Positions 50,301 through 63,377 of a DNA stretch of 64,000 nt are shown here, in pieces (within the stretch, counting starts at the first letter, position 1; each line of letters begins with the position of its first letter). The position numbers and the translations under genes were made by a program. Source of the stretch: Lingula anatina (Eukaryota; Animalia; Brachiopoda). Where the stretch lies: contig CM120649.1 of assembly GCA_051362555.1 (NCBI GenBank), positions 16,382,567-16,446,566 on the forward strand, in the 5' to 3' direction. The notes under the pieces were generated by a model, which ran no database searches, had not been told where the DNA came from, and saw only the letters and a program-made list of their open reading frames with translations.

Positions 50301-53300
50301 TATGCAGAACCATATCATGCCATATTTTGTTTTACTATATGCATGCCATGCCATGCCGCGCTATGATATTGAATGTCATGCCATGCCATGCTATGCTATG
50401 TCATGCCATTTAATATATCATGCTTTGTCATGCCATGCCAATCCATGCTACGTCAAAACATGCTATACTACCTTTGTTCTCCCCCAGATCGACTTCCTCG
50501 GCTGTTATTTTGGGGTTTTCAAGTGGCCACCCCAGGTCCGGCTGCCCTGATATACCCGGCAGTGTTCCCACGTTGAAACCAATCTGAATGGGTCCTGCCG
50601 GAATATTGTTACAAAGCCCTTCGACTGCAAATAACATGGGATACAGGATACACATACCACAATGTATAGCTTTTAACCTGCTAGTAAATCATGAATTAGT
50701 ATAAAGTATACTGGGCAAAAGTCTGAGTCCTCTTGAAAACTGCATCTTTGTTTGGTCTATAAACTTGAGTCTGAAAATTATGAAAAAAAAACAGAGGAAA
50801 GGGAAATAACTTAGATTATATCGCTAGAAAAAAATGTAGAAAAAAGTGCACAGTGCGTCACTGCAGGTCCTGCACACGAAGCAATATGCCTCTAATTTTA
50901 AAAGTTCATTCAATAAATATATCATATCATACCATATCATATCATATCATACCCAAGAAAACTTCATATTTGTGACAAAACATCCTTTCCCTAGAGAAAA
51001 AGTGTTTGACGTCAGCCATATAACTCACATTCAGTATGTAGATAATAATCTCTGAAAGCCCCAGTCCAATCTACGGCCTCGACACCAGCAGGCTCAGTGC
51101 AAGGTGCCCCATTGAACGTGAAGTAAAAGCGAGACCCGTGGTCGGAACTGCAACCACCCCTTATGCTTCCAGACCAGCGGACTCGCAGCGCGGTGGATGC
51201 GTTCTTCTTCATGTAGTTGACACTCTGTAATGAATGGATAGTATTTAGAAGTTATAGGTGCACTGTGGTATTAACGGATAATTGCCCTGGGTTATAGGGA
51301 GATACTGAAAACACTATCCTGGAAAGGCTGATAAACACTGCTAATGACGAGTTTCTACTGACCTCTAAAACTCGGAGTGTTGCATGATTTTTAGTTATGT
51401 AATAAGTAAACCAGTTTGTTTGGTTTGTTTTCCACATTACTTATATTTAATGCGTAATTTAATGAAATCGATATAGGAACAGAAATTGTATTACATGACG
51501 TATGTACAAGTCATTATGAATTGATTCCGAAATAGCTGTCAATGACCCTATAGTCACTGTAGACACAGCACAAGGTTCGTCGTAGGCCTCTTCAGGATGT
51601 CTGTAGTCTGTTTTGACTGTTTTAGTTGAGCGGTGCAGGTGAAAACTGACCTCAATATAGACAGCCACGCGATTTCAGTGATGTACCCAGAAACGGCCAT
51701 GGTCCCCAATTCATTAAAGAAACAGACGGCGAGGTTTTGCTGTTCACAGTGGCTTCCTTAGAGGTCGTCAGGTATTTTAACCTGCTAAAACAAGTTTGGT
51801 GTTTGCTAGGGGTCTTGAAAAACGCGTTCTGGTGGTAATTTGCCCCTCAATTTGACCGGACTGGGTGTTTTTGTTTAGTTGCAGCAGCATATCCCGACAG
51901 ACAGTGGGTCCTGTACCCTGGTGGTAAAATTTGGATACATTGGGTGTGGCCTCTGTGTAGGTACATCAGTCTGGGCACAACTCTATAAAACTTTGCGGAC
52001 CGTTCCGTGTGGCAGTTACACAATAATCTGTCAGGCAATGTCTGTCTTTTTCGCGTCATCCTGGCGCAGAACAATTTTGTAAGACATTTTACGCACTGCA
52101 AAACTGACCGCTTGCATGCATAATGGAGCACTACCCAATTAAATCACTGCATATTAAAAATGCAGCATTGCAACAGACATTGTAGTCAATTACACTACAA
52201 TGTTAGTCAATGTTACATCATATCCGAACAACAAACCTTGGTTTTGTTCCTCAGTACGTAAACAACTTGTTGCCAGACAGGAAGCATTCAGAATGGGCAA
52301 TTTGGACGCTATCAAGTGGTCAAAATATGACCTGCGCCGGGCCATCAAGCGCTCTAAGTTGCGGTACAGAGATAAACTTGAGGCAGACATCTCCAGCTGT
52401 AATTCTAGTGAGCTCTGGCAGGGAGTGAACAAAATCACCGGCTACAAACCTAAAATCAAACTCTCACCCACGGATGACACCAGCCTACCAGACAAGTTGA
52501 ATGAATTCTTCGACAGACCAAATATTAAATCTCCTATCATCTGTACCCGAGACGAAGAAGCACCCTGGCTTGGTCTTACTAGATTGAAAGTTAAGAAAGC
52601 GGCAGGTCCGGATGGGATCACACCTAGGCTGCTGAAATTATGTGCCGATGAGCTCTCTGGTGTACTGTGCAACATCTACAATTGGTCTTTACGCTCTAAT
52701 TATGTGCCAAAAATATTTAAACAATCTGTGATAATACCTGTTCCAAAGCGCACACCTGTTACCTATCTTAATGACTATAGGCCTGTAGCTCTAACTTCCA
52801 TTGTTATGAAGGTGCTTGAGAAATTTGTTCTGCAACATGTGAAATCAAAATTACCGACGTCTTTCGACCCTTTTCAATTTGCATATTGTAAGAACAGGTC
52901 GACTGAGGATGCTGTTGCTATTACTTTACATAATGTTCTTACTTTTTTTGGATCGTAAAATCCCTAACTATGCACGACTACTTTTATTGACTATAGCTCT
53001 GCTTTTAACACGATATCGCCTTTTAAACTTCACGAAAAACTTATTAACTCTCTCCATTTTAGTACATCACTCAGTAATTGGATTTTAAATTTCTTAATTA
53101 ATCGTACTCAACAGGTCAAAGTCGGCAATAACTTTTCCAAGACTATAGAGATAAATACTGGCACGCCTCAGGGCTGCGTCATCTCGCCTCTCTTATATTC
53201 ACTGTTTACATCCGACTGTGTTGCTTCGTATCCCGATTGTTTGATTGTTAAGTTTGCGGATGATACCACCAGCGCTGGCCTTATTAGCACTTCCGAGTCT

Positions 53301-56024
53301 GACTGTCGAAATCAAGTTTCGGCCCTTGTTTCATGGTGCTCTGAAAACCACCTCGAGCTTAATGTTAAAAAGACAAAAGAAATTATTGTAGATTTTAGGA
53401 AAAACCCAACAGTAATTAGCCATCTTATGCTGAATGGTTCTGAGGTTGAAATAGTCAGACATTTCAAATTTCTTGGCATACATATATCTGATGTTCTTAA
53501 ATGGCACACTAACATAGATGATATTGTCTGTAAAGCTCAGCAAAGACTTTACTTTCTACGGCGATTGAGGTCATTCTATGTTAACCAAGAACTGCTGGCA
53601 AAATTTTACCGGGCGGTGATTGAGAGTGTACTAACACAATCTTTCACCGTCTGGTACGGTAGTGCTACAGCAGAGGACAAGAATCCCCTCAGTCGCGTAG
53701 TAAAAACTGCCAGGCGCATTGTGGGTAGGGACTTGCCGTCTGTTGAGTGTTTGTATACGAGACGAGTGCTCAAGAAAGTGAAGTCAATCACGGGTGACCC
53801 TGGTCACCCAGCGAATAGCCTACTTATGCATATGTCAACAAGCCGACTACGGTCATTAAAAGCAACCTCCACGCGCACTAAAAATAGTTTTTATCCATCA
53901 GCAGTACGTATTTTAATGAACAAAATGTATTTTAATAATTCCACTGTATCACATTTTATCGACAGATCATACCAATTTTCATTTTATACTTGTATAAATA
54001 TGACAATAAATTATAATTATTATTATTATTATTAATTAATTGGTGACGACATACCTGACTACACACTTCTCCATTCACATATCTTATTTGAGATCTTAGT
54101 TTTTGAAAAAAGAATACATTTTTCCTAGGCATAGGGGCCTACCTTTGAAACTGATTTATTCCGTATTAGGCTTCGTTCACATGCAATGTCTATTTTCTAT
54201 TTTCTATTTTCGGTATGTCTTATGATCACGGTCTGTGCACTGAATATCCCGCCGCGTAATTACTGGCAGCGCGAGCCAGTTACTTATAGTAACTTATAGT
54301 AACTGGCTCGCGCTGCCAGTAATTACGCCGCGGGATATTCAGTGCACAGACCGTGATCATAAGACATACCGAAAATAGAAAATAGAAAATAGACATTGCA
54401 TGTGAACGAAGCCTTAGACGTCAAGTCCGTACTTCTAGTAACATTTTGGCCAGTCCCAGGTTATGGTTGCCTTCTTACAATGCTATACACTGTGAATACC
54501 GTATGCTTTTTATTGTATTTTTCTAAAGAATTAACTGACTGATTCTATTTCATTTTAAATTACCATAATTTATTTATTTTTGCTATCTCACAAATACAGC
54601 ACATTTGCTAGGATATTATTACATACTGTTAAACTTACCAGCACTTGTCCTTTAGAACCTGTCGTCCAGTTAGTCCATGTCTTATGCTGGATATTGCCCA
54701 CTCTATCGCACGTAACTTGAAATTAAAGGCACGTAATGAGCGTTACACGTTCATATAACAAGTAATAGTATCTCAGACACGGCATGAGATAATGCTAACT
54801 TGACATACAGTGTACATGTATATTATGTGATAACACTAAAATTTAGGTTCATTGCAATGACACATTTAAACTTCTGGGACATATCAGCAATGGTCCAGGT
54901 CTGCAAATTATTCATTTAGTCAGCCAATCAATAAATAAATAGATAAGTAAAAAAAATTAATAAAACAATTTCATCACATGGTTGTGTCAGCATTCATACT
55001 TACAGAGTTGAATTCTGCACTGTCTGTCGTTACCATACACCCGGGCAGATTGACACCTCTCTTCGTATCGGCTACATTCTCTTATACACGGGAGCCGGAT
55101 AGAGGTAGTGGTGCTCTATTAAAAGGTATCAGTGAAAAATAATGAAATAAAATAAAATAAGGTAGAACATCGATATTATAAAGAGACAAAAACTATATAG
55201 AGTTATTTCTCATTTCTGTAATATTATATTTAAGATCTCTCTAGATACATTTTAACCAAAACAAATGAAACGGCCATCGGTGCCCTGAGAAGTGGACATT
55301 TAGACATTGAAGCAAAATGTTCAGATATTCCCATTAGTAACATACAGTGGCGGGTTAAGTGGGGTGTCAGGGGGGTCCTGACTCCCCCCCCCCCCCTTCG
55401 GTTTCTGGAAAAATCACACCAATATTACCCTCTTGATATTAGAACTTTTTGTTGAATCATAGTCTTAAACTGCACTAAATGGCACCGTTTGCACCCCAAA
55501 TCACAGAACCCCACACCAAGGGGCCAAGGGTCGTCATCGCATAAGAGGCCTGTCATTATTTAAAAAACTGGCCCCCTCCTCAGGGCTGTATCCTGAGCAA
55601 AATGCCAGGGGGGGCAGTAAGCGGACACGAGGGGGCGAAGCCCCCGAGGGGGGAGGGGGTGGGAGGGGGTGTCCCCCTGACACGGTGTGGAAAATTTTTA
55701 AAAACTGTATGTATAAAACTGCATTCTGGTGCATTTTAACTGTTATTTATTGCTCAATCAGAAGTCAGAAATTGTGGGTTCATTTTGCCATAAGTACAGC
55801 CTGGGGGATAGCTCCCTAAGGGAGGGTGAGCTTTTTGGCATGAACTGAGTTGGCTAAAAACAGTACACCTTTGTAAACAGATTGTTGAATAATTGTCTAG
55901 TGGCCATGAGTGCATTGTCTCACAGAATTGATACCAACTTTTTTTTAAACTTTTTTTTTTACCTTTGCTATTATTTTTTTTCTTTTGTACCTCAAATCCC
56001 GGGGGGGGGGGGGGGGCGGGACAG

Positions 56025-56058
<34 letters not shown>

Positions 56059-58859
56059 AGGCTACGGCCCTGACTCCTGGATCCGACCCCATTCGACACC
56101 ATTACAAATAGCACAATGTTAACGGGAAATTCTCTCACTGGTGAAAAATGCACCATAAGAACTTGCTTTTCGAGAGATTTCTGTACCATTAAGGGCACTG
56201 ACAGCGTTAGCCAAATCTCTCATTATATTTACAACCTTACACATGTTAAGTGATATGCTGATGACAGTACTATAACTTTCACTGCCAAATCTGTTCCTGA
56301 ACTAAACACCAAATTAAATAGCAGTATGGAATATGTTTCAAAATGGTGCAGGGAAAACCATACTTGTATGGTGGCAAATACGAAAAAAAGAAACAAACAA
56401 AAGCAGTGCTTATCACAAAATTGCCAAAAAAACGGAAACTCCTTGCTTAATGGAGACATTTTAGAAAATGTGCATTCAGAAAAAAATTAGGCGTGTGTGA
56501 AATGAAAACCCTAGCTGGAATGAGTGCATGAATGTCTGTCTAAACTTGAAAAGAATTGATAGTAAGCTGCCTCTTTAATCTTAATGAAAACTATATCTCA
56601 CATTGGAAACAAGAACACTTTTATAATGACCACATACTACGTCATCTGGATTTAAAATCTTAAATATTCGACATCGTTATCATTAGGAACTTAATCTTTT
56701 AAAAATATTTTTGAGTTGCCTATCGTCCTACCTGACATTTTCAAGCACCTGGCACAAGTGATCATCTTCAATTTGCGAAGATTTCACAACCGCGGGATGC
56801 ACAAAACATTCCAAAACCAAGAAAATGGTGAAACTCCTCCTTGATATTTCTCACTAGTATGTGCATCTCACGCAACTCTAACATGGGTATTTAAACTAAA
56901 TTCTGACAGGCAAGAATCTCACAATTGTTCTTTGGCCTAGATATATCAGGCCTACCCAGCTACCAGACTCGGCACCTACGGATCAAGAATAAACCGGTAT
57001 ATCAGACCACACTACCCGTTTTCAAGGTGTGTCAGATCGCATTACAGAGTATCATACCTCATCACAAATTTTGTAAGCATACCTGTCATCCGGGTATCGC
57101 GCCTCGTTTTCGTCAAGTAGGAGTCGTATGAATACAACAACAAGGAAATCGGCAATCCTCGGCTCATTCCGCAAGCTTCATACTATTGTCGAGTGCGGAG
57201 ACATTGGTGTAGTTCCGAGTGACAACATGGCGACAGACGACTCACTGAATCTCGTCCAGAAAATATATAACCCCCGACAGATCATTGGCTATGTTCGAAC
57301 CTAAATTTTATGTTAAAAATTGCGGTATTGTAAGATTTTTAGCATAAAATGGGAAAATTGCAGCAGCGCATGAATCTACATGAGATGCACTACTTTCCAA
57401 CCCCGCTTTAGACCATGGTGGAAGTGAAGAACAAAAGATTCAGACGTGGTGTAACTCGCATAACCGCACGTCTCGCATGTTGCCGACACGGCAGAAATTA
57501 TATACGTTATCATTTTTATTTTATATTTCCACGCTGTTCTTATGTTTATTTATGTTGTGTTAGAGAAGAAACTAGAACACTGCTCAATTAAGTAACATCT
57601 ATTCATTTAGTCATGTGGTCAACTGTATAAAAGCCGATGTTGCATGTACTCTGTGCGGTCATTTATATACTTACTGGCAGAGTGGAGGTATGTTACGATA
57701 TTACGTGTAGATTGTGTAAAATTTATGTGTTTAATAAAGTGTAATTCACTTATATAGAGGTATTTTGTGTAGTTTACAAAAGTTTACATAAGTTTACTTA
57801 AGTTTAATCAGTAACATAAGTAATGAGCATCGTGTTTATTAAAGTTTATGTTAGTATGGGTGTGGCATTTTCATGACCAACACGCACATGTATATTTATG
57901 TTATCAAATAAAATTACAGTACCAGCTCAGATTATCATGGCCGTATCTGAGCAGCCAGTTTAGCAGCGGAGAAAGCGAGTCTGGATATTGTTTTAGTGTG
58001 AGTGTTTTTAAAATTAAATAATAAATAATTAGAGAAAACTTACACGCATGTAAAGATCAATTATTTGTTGTTAAGATCTCATGAATTAAGTTTAGTATAT
58101 TTAGTTTATTTATCTCATTATTTCACTGTTTTGTTATTTTTATTTTTTCTTTTTCTTTACTTTTTATAGTTTTCACCAGTTTTTGTCCGGTTTCTGTTCA
58201 GTTTTTGTTCAGTTTCTGTTCAGATTCTGTTCAGTTCTGTTCACACTGCGTGAATAAACGGCAGTTTTATCCAATGGTGTTTCTTCATTTACTCGTGGTC
58301 CGCTACACGCATGAATGCGTTATAACCCGCTAATGGACCCGTGGTCTAAATAAGATAGATCCCTCGTCAGCGAGGGTTATGTGACATCCACTCGTGCTTC
58401 GCACTCGTGTATGCCACATAGCCCTCGCTGACTCGGGGTCTATCTAACTATAGGTTCATCGCTATCACATCACGCACCAGGCAAAATCGGTGTGGTGGCT
58501 GATACTCTGTAATGCGATCTGACACACACCTTGAAAACGGGTAGTGTGGTCTGATATACCGGTTTATTCTGGATCCGTAGGTGCCGAGATTGGTAGTTGG
58601 GTAGGCCTGTATATAGGCCTAGTGAAAACCCGTTGCCTAAGCGACACTAACAAACCTCGCTTCATAAATACCCAAATTTATCATTCCTTTACAAATTAAT
58701 ATTATGGATCTTTATAAAGTTGAGTCTTCCTACCTGACACAGGACTTCGTTTCCAACCACCTGGCACACGTGGTCGTCTTCAATTTGCGACGATTTCACA
58801 AGTAAAGGATATACAAAACTTCCCAGAACCAAGAAAATGGTGAAACTTCTCCATGACAT
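44312..58859 (-). CDS. Gene B2: paralog of B1 (PAN-like + 3x CTHRC1-like domains, about 530 aa), introns expanded by transposons
   Basis: Exons 58734-58859, 55000-55115, 54872-54900 (weak GTTTAA donor), 54639-54715, 51029-51224, 50472-50624, 48343-48428, 47756-47963, 47272-47436, 45964-46049, 45451-45524, 44919-45052, 44312-44454. Total 1593 nt, in frame. Exon sizes 5-13 are identical to B1. Confidence 0.8.
48737..50258. mobile_element. PIF/Harbinger-like non-autonomous element with TTA TSD and nested internal repeats, in B2 intron 6
   Basis: TTA|AGCCTCGGTCACAACCGG ... CCGGTTGTGACCGAGGCT|TTA. The empty site gcacatta-ccaacttt is in B1 at about 35922-35938. Confidence 0.88.
52190..54035 (+). 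mobile_element. 5'-truncated, frameshifted non-LTR retrotransposon (Rex1/Babar-like RT) with (TAT)n tail, antisense in B2 intron 4
   Basis: [80 protein letters not shown]. Frameshifts at about 52945 and 52985. No endonuclease domain seen. Confidence 0.92.
54169..54413. mobile_element. Near-perfect 245-bp palindromic Harbinger/Tourist-like MITE with TTA TSD
   Basis: TTA|GGCTTCGTTCACATG ... CATGTGAACGAAGCC|TTA. Arms of about 117 bp, almost fully complementary. Confidence 0.9.
55345..56090. mobile_element. Nested GC-rich MITEs (CAGGGCTGTA..TACGGCCCTG element 55581-56072 inside a CAGTGGCGG element)
   Basis: Terminal inverted motifs and poly-G/poly-C runs. Absent from B1 intron 1. Confidence 0.55.
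56731..56930 (-). pseudogene. Decayed duplicate of B exon 1 and its proximal promoter
   Basis: Homologous to 58734-58940 and 38797-39000, but ATG has become ATA and there is a short deletion near the donor. Confidence 0.8.
56948..58608. mobile_element. Non-autonomous DNA transposon with about 110-bp TIRs in a TA-rich target; internal hairpin at about 58355-58447
   Basis: caggcctacccagctacc...cattacagagtatca versus tgatactctgtaatg...ggtagttgggtaggcctg. Confidence 0.85.
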
Positions 58860-59608
58860 TTTCACTAGAACGTGCGTCAACCGCACCTCTATACATTGGT
58901 CTTTAAACTAAATATCGACAGACAAGAATTCCACAATTATTCTATGACACAAACAAATGTTGACAACGCGTTGCCTAGGAGACAAAATCAATCTTGACTG
59001 TGATTGGCAGAGGTAGACTCTATTTTCCTAGAAATCTGCACGTTGATTGGTTTTCACGTATTTCCCTTGTGTACATTTTTAATTTTCAGTGGTTTTAGAC
59101 AGAAACGTATAAATAGATAGATATTAAATGACATCAACAAAAACAGCGACCACGTGTTTAATGTACTAGTTTGCACTCGCAAATGATTTGTCCTTAAATA
59201 TTAATTTTAATTTAAATGTTACAGACAAAAATTGACATGAATCGCTGAATGACATCGAAATAAATGGGGTTTTTCTGATGCTTTTGTTTTATTGTGCACA
59301 TCCTTACACTTCCCTTACTTAACCATTTTCTGTGGGCATATATATACAAAGACTTTTGATCATAAATCGGTCGAGAATCCGAGCTGTGTAACTCGAAAGC
59401 ATCGCGTATTGCAAACAGCGATATCACACAGAGGCTACAGTGTATTACATGGGACGAGTATGGGCGAGTTATGGAATCGAGACGCTTGCGCTCGGTCGCA
59501 ACGCGCGATGCTTTCGAGTTACGGGGCCCTGACATTTTGAAGGTACACATGTACACACAAACAAAGTTTCTCTTATAAAATGATCAAGAACAGATGACAA
59601 ATGGGTTC

Positions 59609-59667
<59 letters not shown>

Positions 59668-61459
59668 GGTGATAATCAACTTTAGGATTTTTTATTCCCA
59701 GGGATAATTGTATATGATGTCTGATGACAGTCCTGCGAAGGTGATCGATATTACAATTACACTAAATAATGAATATTAGGTGCAGCATTAAGATTACAGT
59801 CCGATACTAGCATTCCCATTTATTTAATTAGAAATAGTAAAATACTCTTCAAAATTGTACAATTAATCTGTTTATTGCATCGTTTTTAAAATAGAGGTTT
59901 GAATTACTAGGGTGGGAAAGATATTTCTCGCTCCTAAAGGTACCTGACAGCCAAATAGAAGAAAATTGAACCTATTGCGTATTTTTAAAGAAGTTGCATA
60001 TTCTTCAAAAAGACGCAAAAGGCTTTGAGGATATAGAGAAAGATAAACCCTAGGCACACCAAATGCTGCACGAGTTTTTTGTTGATTGACTGTCCCTCGG
60101 TTGATGAGGTAGTATCGATTTTCCTCTTATTTACACGAACTCCGTGTGTTATATTTTGTGTTATAGAAGCCTCTGTTACAGGTAGCGTTACTGATATTAG
60201 CAGTGCAGACTGCCTGACGCCTCAAAGTAAAAAAACGTCCACAAACAAACAAAAAGAAATGTCACTGTAAATAAAAATTTTAATAATAAGTAAACATTTA
60301 TGCTCAACCGCTAGGCGCACCAACAAACCTTGCACAAATCCAAACACCCTTTACGTACGATTTATATTTCCAATTTGATACACAAATATAATGAACATAA
60401 CATTTCAGATTATAGTTGCCATTTAAAGGCAAATTCTACAATTACGGATATCCTTCCCTTTCATCAAAGTTACAGAAATGATCTGATACAAATGTAAACA
60501 ACAGGGCAAATTAACTTCCCCTTTCCCTCATAATTCAAAAGTACATTATAACCTTTTTTTTTTTTTGCAGTCAAATTCATTGTTCAAAATAAAATATATG
60601 CAATCCTCTTTTTTTACAAAAATAACTCCTTAACCCTGATTATACACGAGTCAAGAAACACCAAAACTTGGATTGTGGAATAGCCCAGTTATTGTTGGAG
60701 TTTTGAATTAAACCAGTCAAATTTTCCTTCTTACATGGAAAAATTTCAAAAATTCACTTGTTCATATAATTATAATTATTATAATCTTCAATCATTTGAA
60801 TACACCTAAGTAGACTCACTGCATGTGGAATTTTTCCATTATTAGCTGACTGCTCCTCTTTTCATAAAAAAAGTTTGCATGTTGTGGATTGCTCACAAAA
60901 CAGAATATATGCTACTATTGAAAATAAATTTGTTGCATGGTTTTCTAGTTATATTGCACTTGTCTCTAGGCACCTGTCGCCGGCTTATCTGGATTTTCCT
61001 GAAGAGGGAGCCCCTTTCTCTCTGCCCAGCCGTTCCAGCCACCAATATAGTGACGAGCTCTGAAAGCAAAAATAAATAATAATAAAAAACAAAACAGAAC
61101 AGAACAGAAAAGAACACACTATTATTAATATAATTACCAGAATTTTCATTTATAAAATAATTATCACAATTGTTATTAAAATAACTCTTCTAAGACAGTA
61201 ATCAGTCATGCCAATAAATGTTCAAACATTTTTCTCAAACATTTCATAAAATAAATGAGAAAAATTTACCCTGACAAAGAAATATATAAACAAGGCAGCA
61301 AAGCTGTCAAATGTACAGACAAAAAGCAGGAAATAACAAAATAGGCTACTGTCAATTCTGATGCAAAAGGACATTATGTTAAACTGCAAATTCAACATCA
61401 AATTTTAATTATGCTCAACAGGTAATACCAATGTAAGTAAAATGTGAAACAAGCATAAG

Positions 61460-62150
61460 GCTTCAGGCCCATGGGAGTTCAAGTTCACACTTTGAAAATG
61501 TAAAACTTCCAGAAAAAGAAGTCAATTAGACTGCTTATCCAACTCAGGCTGCATTTTAGTCCTGTATTTCTTTTTTGAAAGTTTGGCAATCATAAGTAAC
61601 ATGGTTTTCCCATAATGGTCATCATGGCAGCAGCACCCAAAATTGTGTTTTCTTCTATTCTGATGCAATATTACATAATGGTTAACAGCATAATGAAAAT
61701 CAATTTTTAATAACAAAATATATGTATCATGGATTTTCAGAAAATGTGACTAGCCTGGGTCTTCAAGCCTGTGGAACTTCAAAGTCACACCTTGAAAATG
61801 CCAATATGTGAAAAATTAAATTTTCACAAAAAAAAAAAAAAAACTGTTTAACTAGCAGAAAGAATTACCAAACAGACTGCATTGCCTACTGAAGCTGTAT
61901 TTTAGTCCCATGTTTCTTTCCTGTAAGTTTGAAAACAGTAAGTGACATGGTTTTTCTTAAAAGGTAATCATGGGAGCAGTGCCCAAAATAGGTTTTTTTC
62001 AAATTTTGATGCCATATTACATAATGTTTAACAGCATAATGACCATCAATTTTTAATAATAAAATATTAGTATCATGGATATTCAGAAAATGTGACTAGC
62101 AAAGGTCTTCAGGCCCATGGAACTTCAAAGTCACAACTTGAAAATGCCAA
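61460..62150. repeat. Tandem repeat, roughly 300-345-bp unit, about 2.2 copies
   Basis: cttca(g/a)gcc..tgg..ttcaa..tcaca..ttgaaaatg at 61461, 61761 and 62107. Confidence 0.75.
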
Positions 62151-62539
62151 AATGTAAACAAGACAGCAAGACATGTTTTTTTTTCCATTTTTAACAATTT
62201 TTAACATAAAACAAAATTAACAGTTTACTGCCATTTTTATATGATCAACTAAGAAAATTGATGAGATGAGAAAAGTATCAATAGAGCAGTGTTAAATGTC
62301 CAATTTCTTCCATTCTGAGATTCTAAACATAGTGGATGATTGAATCTGACAAACTGCAATGATACGAGTTTATTTCCATTTTTGAAACTTTATTACACAA
62401 TACACGATAACATGTTTACCATCATTTTTACATAATCAACTAACAATGTTGTAAAAATGCAGGAAATGTCAAACAAACACTTTTACGTATCTTACTACTT
62501 AAATAATAAGGCTATTAACATGCCTAATGAATGTTAATA

Positions 62540-63103
62540 ATGAAAAAACAGCTTAACTTCTAAAATAATGCCCCGATTATGCTGATTTTCGAACTCAACC
62601 TGCGTTTTAGTAAGACTGACCATTCCTGTGAGTTTAATGACAATTGGGCTTTCTGTTTTTCTTATAATGTGTTTACAGTGTTGCATATATGCTGAAAAAT
62701 GAAAAAACAGCATAACTACTAAAATAGTGGCCCGATCATGCCGATTTTCGAACTTGACCTGCGTTTTAGTAATATTGATTACTCCTGTGAGTTTCATGAC
62801 AACAGGGCTATCGGTTTTCCTTAAAATGTGTTAACAAGGTTGCATATATGCTGAAAAGTGAAAAAACAGCATAACTTCTACAATAATGGCCCGATCATGC
62901 TGATTTTCGAACTTGACCTGCGTTTTATGAATATTTATCAGCTCTGTAAATATAAAGCCAAAAAGTAAAACTGTCTTCCACTTATCGTGTTAACGATGAA
63001 AGTGCACGGCGACGGCGACATCGACGGCGACAGGGACGGCGACGGCGACGACAGACGCAGGTGATGGCAATATGTACAGACACATCTGTGTCTGTACATA
63101 AAA
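62540..63103 (+). mobile_element. Helentron-associated (HINE/DINE-like) element: 159-bp core repeats, (CGGCGA)n microsatellite, terminal stem-loop
   Basis: Units at about 62542, 62701 and 62860. GC microsatellite at 63007-63058. Hairpin atgtacagacaca..tgtgtctgtacat at about 63072-63099, followed by aaaaa. Confidence 0.7.
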
Positions 63104-63377
63104 ATTGCAAATCTTTTTGGATTTATTTCTTTCTGTGCAAGTTTTAAACTCTTATTTGCAAAATAACTAATTATATATCATGCACAACCACAAGTGTTCA
63201 CTCAAATAAACATATGTACCTACCACAATAAAAGTCAATAAACAAATTATAATATTGTACAAATATAAAATAATTCAGGAAAAACTTTTAATAAATTTGA
63301 AAATGCTACTGTGCAACAGAAAGTTACAGGAAACACTGCAAAATAAAATGTAATACGCTGCATTAGTCTAAGCTTCC

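Noticed and set aside
52200-54035. RT as part of a retron, DGR or other diversifying system acting on the lectin genes
   Set aside because: It is an ordinary frameshifted, 5'-truncated LINE RT with a microsatellite tail. No template/variable repeat pair with adenine-specific changes was seen.
55754-56198. Gly/Pro-rich ORFs
   Set aside because: Translations of poly-G/poly-C runs in MITEs.
59614-59665. Long poly-A run as a retrocopy tail
   Set aside because: No recognisable upstream retroelement body or TSD.
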